Positions 51,168 through 62,107 of a stretch of 64,000 bases of DNA are shown here, in pieces (position 1 is the stretch's first letter; each line of letters starts with the position of its first letter). The stretch is from NCBI RefSeq assembly GCF_001194135.2, contig NC_069002.1:26561005-26625004 (forward strand). Direction: 5' to 3'. Both the position numbers and the translations under genes were made by a program. The notes beneath the pieces were generated by a model. The model was not told the origin of the DNA, made no database searches, and saw nothing but the letters and a program-made list of their open reading frames with translations. This DNA is from Octopus bimaculoides (Eukaryota).

Positions 51168-52221
51168 TCAAGAATGATAATAACAATAATAATGATGATG
51201 ATGATGATAATAATTTTTTCAAGTCTTGCTAAAAGGCCTCAAATTTGGGAGGGAAGCGGGGGTGGTGGTAGTCAATTACATCGACCCCATTACTTGACTT
51301 GTACTTTATTTTATTAACCCATAATGGAAGAAAGGCAAAGTTGACCTAGGCAGGATTTGAACTCAGAACGTAAAGAGCCTGAAGATACGCTGCCAATCAT
51401 TTTGTCCAATATGCTAACGACTCTGCTCGTTAACTAATAATTACAACAACCTGCATCATGGTTACAGTTTAATGAAATGCAATTGTGCCACAGTGATTTG
51501 GGTTTAAATTAACTCTGACAATTTTGATGCAAAAATTTGCTTCCATTTTTTTTTCCCCTTTCGTTTTATTCCATTTTAATATTTGCAAATTGATAAAACT
51601 GACACTGGAAGATTAAGTGAAGTGAGGGAGTTGGAGAGTTACTGAATTTCAATTAGGGGTTGGTTTCATGCTTTAGGGGTTTTGTTTATTTATTTATTAT
51701 TATTCAGTTCTGTTTTATATGATTGAATTTCAATTACTATTAAACGGATTTTTAAATTTAATTCTCTTCACCTCTACCTTATAGAAATATCATAAACAAA
51801 CTAAAAAAAAAGCTATAGGAATTCAGGAACAGAATATTAAGACCAACCCTTCTGCTACCAACAACACTTTCATAATGCTTTCTATTCATAAACTTTGGTT
51901 GTTCCTCACCTTTCCCCAGTTGACCTAGTTGAAGAACAAGCCATGAGCCAGCCTTTTAGCAAACAATAGAGTCCCTATGAAGGTGTTCAACTTGTTAGAA
52001 ATAACAGCCAAATTGTTTCCTAGGTGCAGGCATGGCTCTGCAGCTAAGATGTTTATTTCCTGACCACATGGTTTCAGGGTCAAACCCACTGCTGTGTGGC
52101 ACCTTGGTTAAGTGTCTTCTACATGGCCCTGAACCAACCAGAATCTTGGGACTGAATTTGGTAGATGGAAACTGTATGGAAGCCTGTTGTGTGTGTGTGT
52201 GTGTACATATANNNNNNNNNN

Positions 52222-52272
<51 letters not shown>

Positions 52273-52314
52273 TGCAATTGAAACAAGCATATATATATTT
52301 ATATATATCTTCAT

Positions 52315-52520
52315 CATCATCATTTAATGTCTGTTTTCCATGCTGGCATGGGCTGGATGGTCTGACAGAGGGGCTGTTCAGGCTCCATGTCTGTTTTGGC
52401 ATGGTTTCTATGGTTGGATGCCCTTCCAAATTCCAACCACTTTACAGAGTATACTGGGTGCTTTTACACAGCACCAGTGCAGGTACGTTTTACATGGCAC
52501 CAGCACCCACAAGCCCACAA
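52315..52520 (-). mobile_element. SINE family C, 3' part
   Basis: catcatcatttaatgtctgttttccatgctggc…ggatgcccttcc. Confidence 0.8.
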
Positions 52521-52770
52521 GATTACGATCTCTCAGCCAAAGAGGAATGCAGGGGACAACTCCCTTTAACCTTGGTCACTTTTTAGTGATTGTGAATTAT
52601 TTCCTTTTTGGTTTAAATTGCTTCTAGCCGCCTTAATTATTTTATGATTTGCACTACCATTTTGCTGAATCAGTTACTAATTCCTACTGTACATTCTATA
52701 AATACTGACAAGTGGAATTCCAACTTCACCACCAGCAACCATCATTGATGAGCATTAATTTCATGCGAAG

Positions 52771-52878
52771 ATAGCATGCCAATCTAATTCTCTTGCAGTG
52801 GGAAGGTTGTCTCCCTCATAAGTACATCGAACATATGCTTTTGTGGATAAAGTGTCTTTGACTCTTATTTCTAGCAAT
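52771..52878. repeat. 108 bp block identical to 54192-54299
   Basis: Base-by-base identity atagcatgcc…ctagcaat. Confidence 0.95.
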
Positions 52879-54054
52879 GTTGGTTCTCCCTTCACCCTTG
52901 GTCACTTATAGTGATGGTAAATNNNNNNNNNNNNNNNNNNNNNNNNNNNNNNNNNNNNNNNNNNNNNNNNNNNNNNNNNNNNNNNNNNNNNNNNNNNNNN
53001 NNNNNNNNNNNNNNNNNNNNNNNNNNNNNNNNNNNNNNNNNNNNNNNNNNNNNNNNNNNNNNNNNNNNNNNNNNNNNNNNNNNNNNNNNNNNNNNNNNNN
53101 NNNNNNNNNNNNNNNNNNNNNNNNNNNNNNNNNNNNNNNNNNNNNNNATTTATATATATGTATGTATTCATGTATTTTTGTGTCTCTCCCTCCCCTGCCA
53201 TTGCATGACAACTAACACTGGTGTGTTTGCGTGCCTGTAACTTGGCAGTTTGGCAAAAGAGAATGATAGAATAAGTGCCAGATTTAAAAAAAAAAAGCAG
53301 AAATAAGCACCTGGGGTCGATTTCTTCGACTAAAACCCTTTAAGGCCGTGCTCCAGCATGGCCACAGTCAACTGACCGAAACGAGTAAGAATAAAAGAAT
53401 CAGATGGTTGTCAGTCTTGTTAAATTTGACCACTTGTTCTGTGAGCCACACAACATTCTTTCTCTTGTAGACCTGGTGTTGTATTCATAGTAAGTAAATT
53501 TGATTTTACTCAAGGCACAGATTAAAACATTTTCAGAATCTTGTCGCAATTTTCCTAATAATTCTTTTCTTTTTCCTTTTTTTTTTTTACAGAAAAGTTT
53601 TTAAGTTTTCTACTGTAAATTGTTATTTTGGATGTTTAAATTTTAATCTTGAGACCTAATCTTTTACCTCAAGCAAACGTATACATTTACAAGTGTATGT
53701 TTGTGTGTGTACGTGTGTTGTATGCAGCCGTCTACAATAAATAATTACAATCTGCAATAATTTGCATCAAATATTTTTTTCATTTATAAAACAAGAAACA
53801 TATACATTATATATATATATATAATGATCACACACGCACACACACACATTTATGCATATATGTGTTCGTATTTATGAATGTATGTATATTTGCTATGTGC
53901 AACGGAAACAGTATTAGTTTGAAACAGTAATCTGTGTATCATACTAAAAATTAAGCTTTCTATGATGTATTTGCTTTAAGTATGATATACAGATTGCTAT
54001 ACATACATATATACAAACATACATAGATACATACATATATATATGATGATAGGA

Positions 54055-54191
54055 AGATGATTTAACCTGCAAGTTGGGTCAAGGCAGAGAAGAATGCTGC
54101 AGTCAAGACCAAAGTAGAGGCTCGTTGTGACCAGCAGTGTATAAGAGCATCTGATGGTCTGGTCAATATTGTGATATATATATATATATAT
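54055..54191 (+). mobile_element. RTE-like LINE 3' end with (TA)n tail
   Basis: SWVKAEKNAAVKTKVEARCDQQCIRASDG resembles the RTE C-terminus; ends gtga(ta)n. Confidence 0.5.
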
Positions 54192-54365
54192 ATAGCATGC
54201 CAATCTAATTCTCTTGCAGTGGGAAGGTTGTCTCCCTCATAAGTACATCGAACATATGCTTTTGTGGATAAAGTGTCTTTGACTCTTATTTCTAGCAATT
54301 TTACACTTGAAAAGAAGATATAAGATTGCCAGGTTTTTGTCTCTCTCACCAAGGTCAGCCGCTAT

Positions 54366-54410
54366 CGGACGCCGACGAAGGGAAATAACCCTGAAATCCG
54401 GATCCGTTCG
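54366..54410 (+). ncRNA. Minimal type I hammerhead ribozyme motif (U4C variant)
   Basis: Stem I cggacg/cgttcg; core CCGACGA; stem II aggg-aaataa-ccct; GAA; palindromic stem III ATCCGGAT; cleavage triplet AUC at 54402-54404. Confidence 0.75.
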
Positions 54411-54613
54411 TGCTGCAGATGTTGGTGAGAGGGATAACTACCCTTGGCAAACAGGACACAGTCGTGTGTCGATAAGCCAGCTGGAGGAGATGTCCTCCTG
54501 GGGCTAAAAGCAACAGTAACATCCACCCCTAGGGGTCAGCCACACTTAAGTGGCAATATACTACACTTTATCGTGCAGTTACTGTTAATACTTCATTTAG
54601 AGAATTAACATTG

Positions 54614-54679
<66 letters not shown>

Positions 54680-54684
54680 CACCA

Positions 54685-55025
54685 AGCACATGGTTCTGGG
54701 GTCAGTCCCACTGCATAGCACCTTGGGCAAGTGTCTTCTACTATAGCCTTGGGCCGACCAAAGCCTTGTGAGTGGATTTGGTAGACAGAAACTGAACGAA
54801 ACCCGTTGTATATATATATATGTTTGTGTGTCTGTGTTTGTTCCCCTACAATTGCTTGACAACCGATGTTGGTGTCTTTACGTCCCCATAACTTGGTGGT
54901 TCAGCAAAAAGCTCAATAGAATAAGTGCTAGGCTTACAAAGAATAAGGGATCGATTTATTCAGCTAAAGGCGGTGCTCCAGCATGGCTGCAGTCAAATGA
55001 CTGAAACAAGTAAAAGAATAAAAGA
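54685..55025 (+). mobile_element. SINE family A
   Basis: Match to 26415-26777. Confidence 0.9.
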
Positions 55026-55394
55026 AAACGTACATATATGTATATATGGATGGATGGATGGATGGTTGGATGGATATTTATTTATTTATTTATTTATTTG
55101 CACACACCTTCACACATTATGCAAAGGTATCTGGAGTTTTGAAGTAGCACTATATTGACCAATTCCTGCAGAGCATGAACAAAAACAAAAATTCATTCTT
55201 ATTGCAGTTTGTTAGGAACCTATCCTTTCGGGGTCGATTAAATAAGTACCAGGTATGCACTGGTGTCGATGTAATCAACTTAATCCCTTTGTTTTTCTCC
55301 TCTATGTGTAGCCCCCTGTGGGCAATAAAGACATAAATATTTTGTGTATCATCACATTGGGAAACTGATCCAGCTCATACCAGAAAAAACTGAA

Positions 55395-55830
55395 GATCTC
55401 TTCCCTCCTTTTCAGCATGCTGAATGGAATTCCAAATCATTCAGACATTCTCAAGGCAGCCCAAGACTCTATTTCGTCCAAACTGCTGTGTCTGTAAATT
55501 AGTTTGGTGCTAGAAATCGTGACATCCTTCTTGCCACTCATGACATGAAATTGCTTATCCTCTACATTGAAGAAGGGCGTCAGATAAAATTCATCAATTG
55601 AAGACATCCTCTTCTCCTTAAGTTCCTGCAAGCATTCTGCCTAAGCACCAGTTTTATTTTGGAGTTCTTTATTTCCTCACTGACTGCGATAGATGACCTT
55701 TGTCCCTCCCTGCCAGACAAAACCACTGCAAAAGGGAACAGATTTGGAAGATTGCCTTGAAGAAAAGATTGGAGGGGAAAAAGTCTTTAATAGAATATTG
55801 AGCAGTTGCAACTTTGAGGATGCCAGAGTT
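55395..55830 (-). mobile_element. Tx1/L1-like LINE ORF2 remnant
   Basis: LQLLNILLKTFSPP…FVWQGGTKVIYRSQ* and LTPFFNV…STKLIY resemble L1/Tx1 post-RT segments. Confidence 0.45.
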
Positions 55831-56160
55831 CATCATCATCATTGTTTAACGTCCGTTTTCCATGCTGGCATGGGTTGGACGGTTTGTCTGGGGTTTGGGA
55901 AGCTAGGAGGCTGCACCAGGCTCCAGTCTGATCTGGCAGTGTTTCTATAGCTGGATGCCCTTCCTAACGCCAGCCATGAGAGTGTAGTGGGTGCTTTTTA
56001 AGTGTCAACAGCACAGGGACTGGAAGGGGCTGGCAACAAACTTTTTACATGCCACAGGTATGGAAGCCAGTCAAGGTGGCACTGGCATCAACCACGTTCG
56101 GATGGTGCTTTTTACGTGCCACCGGCATGGGGACCACAACTACAATTTCCATTTGATTTT
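55828..56160 (-). mobile_element. SINE family C
   Basis: (CAT)n tail, ctggatgcccttcc, gtgctttttacgtgcc subrepeats. Confidence 0.88.
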
Positions 56161-56792
56161 GATGTGTTTGTTAAGTCTTGTATGAAACACCATTGTATAT
56201 CTAGGTGTGTATATAAATATGTGTGTGTGTGTGTGTGTGTGTGTATACTGGGAAACTGCATATATATTTCATTAAGGCTACAAAATTATTGTAATAATTT
56301 TGCAACTTTAATTAGAAATATCTTACTCTACCTGTGGTATTTACTATTTTTCCACCTTATTTTGCACTTATGTGCTCACCTGTGTGAGTGTGTGTATGTA
56401 TATACCCACACACATACATATATATATACATATATACACTTGCATATATATATATATACATATATATACATATATGTGTATATATATATATATGTGTATG
56501 TATACATAAAATGATGCAAAGACAAATTCACATACACACAGTCTCTCCTTATCCCCCTCCTTTTCTTCCCCTTCTTTTCTCCCCCTCCTCCCACCTCTCT
56601 CTCTCTCTCCTATCAAGGAAGACAGAAACAAAAACAAGACATTCTTTAAAATATATTTATCATAAATTCCAACAAAAGATGCAATAAATACAAAAAAATA
56701 AACTTAAAACTACTCAGACACTCAACAAAAGAACATCTTATAAGCTATGTCATCATCATCATCATCATCGTCATCATCATTATCATGTTACT

Positions 56793-56842
<50 letters not shown>

Positions 56843-56845
<3 letters not shown>

Positions 56846-56988
56846 GGCAGCGAGCTGGCATAATCATTAGCATGCTGGACGAAATACATAGCAGTATTTC
56901 GCCCATCACTACATTCTGAGTTCAAATTCCACCAAGGTCGAGTTTGCCTTTCCTCAAAATTTCAGGCCTTATGCCTATAATAGAAAGG

Positions 56989-56992
<4 letters not shown>
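56843..56992 (+). mobile_element. Internally deleted SINE B variant inside (TTA)n
   Basis: (tta)n-aggcagcgagctggca…gtcgagtttgcc…tagaaagga-(tta)n. Confidence 0.85.
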
Positions 56993-57025
<33 letters not shown>

Positions 57026-57026
<1 letters not shown>

Positions 57027-57312
57027 TTTATGAAACCCCACAGCTTATTTTGCAGGGTATGATGGAAAGTGTCAGCTGTCCCCAACCAGCAGACTAAGGT
57101 GACACTTGTTTTACTGGTCACGCTTCAAGAACCCTGCAATGAATTCTTGCAGTTCCAAACAATGTTTTGATTTGTGTAGGTGTTCTACCTTCACATTTGC
57201 ACCAATCCTTTTCAGCCATATTGGTAGTTGAGTGCTGATACTTCCAAACGCACCAATTATTACTGGTATCACGTCTACCCTCTTCATTGACCACAACCTT
57301 CGCATTTCCTAT
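57026..57312 (-). mobile_element. R4/Dong-like (RLE-type) non-LTR retrotransposon 3' fragment in (TAA)n
   Basis: EMRRLWSMKRVDVIPVIIGAFGSISTQLPIWLKRIG…, frameshift, then LFGTARIHCRVLEA*; (TAA)n on both sides. Confidence 0.8.
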
Positions 57313-57325
57313 TTTATTATCATCA

Positions 57326-57368
<43 letters not shown>

Positions 57369-57437
57369 ATCATCTTTGATGTAATCAACTCATCCCTTCC
57401 CCACAAAATTGCTGCCCTTGAGGCAAAAATTTGAAAC

Positions 57438-57478
<41 letters not shown>

Positions 57479-57876
57479 GGTTATTATTATTATTAGGTTA
57501 TTATATTATTAGTCTTATTAATTACTTCACAATTCTTCATATATTGCTATAATCCGGCTTAAACCATTTCTCTTCTTCTCCACCCCCGCCCATCCCCTAA
57601 AATAAACATTATTATCATTATCTATTATTATTATTATTATTATTATTATTACATCATCTTTGACTCCGTTCCCACACATCCTGAAATGTCGACTGCTGTC
57701 TTATCAATTCTTACATTATGCCACCAGACTTTCTGCAAAAAAAGAAAAAAAAGAAAAATACAAAAAAGAAAGAAAGAAAGAATGAAGAAAGAAAAAGACC
57801 CCTCCAAAAAAACAACCAAAAAACACACAGTTTTGGTGTCGTTCGGTTGTGGCATCAGTTCTGCTGCTCTTTCTCA

Positions 57877-57910
<34 letters not shown>

Positions 57911-58194
57911 NNNNNNNNNNNNNNNNNNNNNNNNNNNNNNNNNNNNNNNNNNNNNNNNNNNNNNNNNNNNNNNNNNNNNNNNNNNNNNNNNNNNNNNNNN
58001 NNNNNNNNNNNNNNNNNNNNNNNNNNNNNNNNNNNNNNNNNNNNNNNNNNNNNNNNNNNNNNNNNNNNNNNNNNNNNNNNNNNNNNNNNNNNNNNNNNNN
58101 NNNNNNNNNNNNNNNNNNNNGTTTTTTTTTTCTTTTTGCTTTTGTGTTGTGTGTGGCTTTGGAATGACTTAGAAAAAGGAAAGAGGATGGGCAT

Positions 58195-58620
58195 CATCTT
58201 CATCTTTGTAACGTGGTGGCCATCACTATCATCGTCATCGCCAGCGACACCATCATCACCGTCATCATCAACATCATCTTCATCATCATCCATTATCGTC
58301 GTCGCCACCATCTTCATTGTAATCATCTTCATCATCATCATTGCCATCATCATCACCACCATCTCGATCGTCTTCATCATCACCACTACCATCAATATCA
58401 TCTTTATCATCATCACCATTGCCTTGCTTCTCATCATCTTCCTCTTCATCATCATCATCATTGTCATCACTATCATTATCATTTTCTTCATCATCATCAC
58501 CGTCATCATCATTGTTATTGCCTTCATTGCTGTGGATGTCATTATCATCTTTATCCTCCTCCACCTCCTCCTCTTCTTCCTCCTCCTCCTCATCATCATC
58601 ACTGTTCTCCCCTTCATTAT
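58195..58620. repeat. Degenerate (CAT/CAC/CTT)n trinucleotide array
   Basis: Direct reading; similar arrays at 38160-38395, 45640-45780 and 48740-48900. Confidence 0.9.
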
Positions 58621-59064
58621 TGTTATGATTTTTGTAGTCTTATTTTTAATGCATACTTTCACTGTACTGTCAAGTAAAGCTTTGTGCGTCTTGGCAATGT
58701 GCAGTCTCTTCTCTCTTTTCCCTCTCTCTCTCTCTCTCTTATTCAAAGTAAGCAATGTTAAGCACATATATGTGTGGGTGGGTATGGGTTAGTGCCTAGT
58801 TGTGCTGTTTATTGCATGTTGTGTAGAGGAATCCCTAAGATTTCGGTTCCGTATTTACCCCTATGCTTGTTTGAGTCATTGGACCACGGCCATGCTGGAC
58901 CACTGCTGTGAGAGTGTTAATGCTTTTTTCAAGTTTGGTCCTTATTATATCTGTCCCCTTTGCCGAACTGCTAACTGACAGCGAAGTAACCGACCCAACA
59001 CCGGTTGCCAAGCAGTGGCATACAAACATAAACACAAGGACACATTCACACATAGAGATATATC

Positions 59065-59529
59065 ATCATCATCATTGAAAGTCCGTTTTCCATGCTGGCA
59101 TGGGTTGGACGGTTTGACTGAGGACTGGCAAGCCAGGAGACTACACCAGGCTCCAATCTGATTTAGCAGAGTTTCTACAGCTGGATGCCCTTCTTAATGC
59201 CAACCACTCTGAGAGTGTAGTGTGTGCTTTTTATGTGCCACCGGCATGAGGGCCAGTCAAACGATACTGGCATTGCTAATGATCACACTCAAATGGTGAT
59301 TTTTACATGCCACCGGCATGGGACCAGTCAGGTGACACTGGCATCGAACAAATCAACTCCAGGACTTATTCTTTGTAAGCCTAGTACTTATTCTATCGGT
59401 CTCTATTGCTGAACTGCTAGGTTATGGGAACATAAACACACCAACATCGGTTGTCATGCAATGGAGACAAACACAGACACAAATGACAAATACATACATA
59501 CACGCACACACACACACACACACACACAT

Positions 59530-59586
<57 letters not shown>

Positions 59587-59743
59587 ACAGGCTTCTTTCA
59601 GTTTCCATCTACCAAATTCACTCACAAGGCTTTGATTGGCCTGAGGCTATAGTAGAAGACACTTGTCCAAGGTGCCACACAATGGGACTGAACCCAGAAC
59701 CATGTGGTTGGGAAGCAAGCTTCTTACTACACACCCACTCCTG

Positions 59744-59745
<2 letters not shown>
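59065..59745 (-). mobile_element. SINE C (59065-59345) abutting SINE A (59345-59745)
   Basis: Family-diagnostic blocks in reverse orientation. Confidence 0.85.
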
Positions 59746-59781
<36 letters not shown>

Positions 59782-60489
59782 AAATAGTAAATGAGTATAT
59801 GCATATATACGTACAGGTATGTGCGTACCGACATCCATCTGTATGTATAGGTGCATATCTGGGTACAGGACATTGCAAACAAAACGTAGATGAGAAAACA
59901 GACAAGCTTCTTTCAGTTTCCACCTACCAAATTCACTCACAAGGCTTTGATTGACCCACGGTTATAGTAGAAGACATTTGTCCAAGGTGCCACGCAGTTA
60001 TTTGGTTGGGAAGCAAGCTTCTTACCACACAGTCGCTCCTGCACCTATATTTATTTATTTTTTATTAATTTTTCTTTTTTGGTATTTGTATTTTCATTAT
60101 GTAGTATTCTTTAGGTCTGTTATTTCTTCATCTGGTATTGTTTTGGGTTTGAGAATATATCATTTCAAATTAATTAATCTACTGGGATCCAGTGTTACTT
60201 CTAGATATGGCTTATTTTCTCTTCACATCATATTTCACATCTTATTTCTCTCCTTATATTTGGTTGAGCATTGCTACAAAACAAACATACCTCTTCCCTT
60301 CATCTCTGCCATTTTTCTCTCTCTCCCATAACTCTTTCTAGCACTTTCTTTCCCTTTTCTCCCTCCTCTACCACCTTCACATCATAGATTATATTCTGTC
60401 ATCGTTCTTTCTTCTATTCACCTTCTTGGTGTATAGTCTTTAGGTTTGTGGAGCATATCAATGTACTGCAAGTGTTAGGGCCACAATAA

Positions 60490-60720
60490 AATAGCCCCAG
60501 TACACTCTATAAGGAGATTAGCAATGGAGTTGAGAAGATGCTTTGGTCTTTGCGAGAACATGACAAAACACTATGAGTGATGGAAGGCAGAAAGATGAGT
60601 GATTCAGAAGTGTCTGAGCAGAAGGGGACACAAGGCATGAGATCGAGCAGCTACGAGGAACAGAGGCCATTATAGTGACAATAGAAAAAGGCTGCATTGA
60701 GGAAACCTACTCAGGTGGAG
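60490..60720 (+). mobile_element. Highly decayed RTE-like LINE 3' remnant
   Basis: LYKEISNGVEK… resembles LYGEL..G.R; downstream …AATRNRGHY resembles A.NR..WR. Confidence 0.3.
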
Positions 60721-61863
60721 TGGATGAGAATATACTGGAATGTGTGTGTGTGTGTGTCTGTGTTACCATAGTAACAAGCTGACCGAAGCTTAAACGACAA
60801 CAGCAGCAACAGCAACACCTTCCGTCATCCCTACCCTCAACTCCTGGTGACTCTATATTCTAGTAGAGCACTACCAGTCACTGGTATATCGACTATTGTC
60901 TGGTTTTTCTAACAATAAGCGNNNNNNNNNNNNNNNNNNNNNNNNNNNNNNNNNNNNNNNNNNNNNNNNNNNNNNNNNNNNNNNNNNNNNNNNNNNNNNN
61001 NNNNNNNNNNNNNNNNNNNNNNNNNNNNNNNNNNNNNNNNNNNNNNNNNNNNNNNNNNNNNNNNNNNNNNNNNNNNNNNNNNNNNNNNNNNNNNNNNNNN
61101 NNNNNNNNNNNNNNNNNNNNNNNNNNNNNNNNNNNNNNNNNNNNNNNNNNNNNNNNNNNNNNNNNNNNNNNNNNNNNNNNNNNNNNNNNNNNNNNNNNNN
61201 NNNNNNNNNNNNNNNNNNNNNNNNNNNNNNNNNNNNNNNNNNNNNNNNNNNNNNNNNNNNNNNNNNNNNNNNNNNNNNNNNNNNNNNNNNNNNNNNNNNN
61301 NNNNNNNNNNNNNNNNNNNNNNNNNNNNNNNNNNNNNNNNNNNNNNNNNNNNNNNNNNNNNNNNNNNNNNNNNNNNNNNNNNNNNNNNNNNNNNNNNNNN
61401 NNNNNNNNNNNNNNNNNNNNNNNNNNNNNNNNNNNNNNNNNNNNNNNNNNNNNNNNNNNNNNNNNNNNNNNNNNNNNNNNNNNNNNNNNNNNNNNNNNNN
61501 NNNNNNNNNNNNNNNNNNNNNNNNNNNNNNNNNNNNNNNNNNNNNNNNNNNNNNNNNNNNNNNNNNNNNNNNNNNNNNNNNNNNNNNNNNNNNNNNNNNN
61601 NNNNNNNNNNNNNNNNNNNNNNNNNNNNNNNNNNNNNNNNNNNNNNNNNNNNNNNNNNNNNNNNNNNNNNNNNNNNNNNNNNNNNNNNNNNNNNNNNNNN
61701 NNNNNNNNNNNNNNNNNNNNNNNNNNNNNNNNNNNNNNNNNNNNNNNNNNNNNNNNNNNNNNNNNNNNNNNNNNNNNNNNNNNNNNNNNNNNNNNNNNNN
61801 NNNNNNNNNNNNNNNNNNTATATATATATATATATATATATGTTTGTGTGTGTATGTGTGTAT

Positions 61864-62107
61864 AGTAGCATCCACCCTTAAGGGTTAGCCACATTTAGGT
61901 GGCAAATATACTTCACTATGTCGTGCGGCTACTGTTTATATCTTCTTCAAAGGTTTATTATTGCTTGTTTCCGCTTTTTCGAGATCAGTGACTTTTCGTC
62001 ACTGGAAAAAGTATATATATTTGCATTGAGAACCACTTCCCATCGCCGACTAGTGGTCGTCAAACGCTGACGACGGGTCAATACCCAGAAACTCAGGTCC
62101 AGCATTG
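61864..62107 (+). mobile_element. Repeat block homologous to 54515-54607, followed by an HHR-like core (62067-62099)
   Basis: About 80% identity by eye; CUGACGA-cGGGU-caau-ACCCa-GAAA-CU-ca-G-GUC. Confidence 0.6.

Larger units (their letters stand above)
7879..61818. other. Assembly gaps (15 N-runs)
   Basis: 7879-8201, 10269-10620, 11875-12113, 15032-15041, 16641-17524, 18112-18551, 20253-20767, 21243-21907, 35307-35991, 39871-40683, 43526-44309, 52212-52221, 52923-53147, 57911-58120, 60922-61818; most abut microsatellites or homopolymers. Confidence 0.98.

Noticed and set aside
24-61894. Long ORFs in the supplied track rich in HT/CV/YI/LS/poly-His/poly-Asp or containing X
   Set aside because: They are translations of di-, tri- and tetranucleotide repeats or of N-gaps, open in several frames at once
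61975-62010. cagtgac-gaaaa-gtcactg hairpin and CUGAUCU…GGAAAC on the minus strand
   Set aside because: Core G8 and A9 are both absent; too degenerate to call a ribozyme
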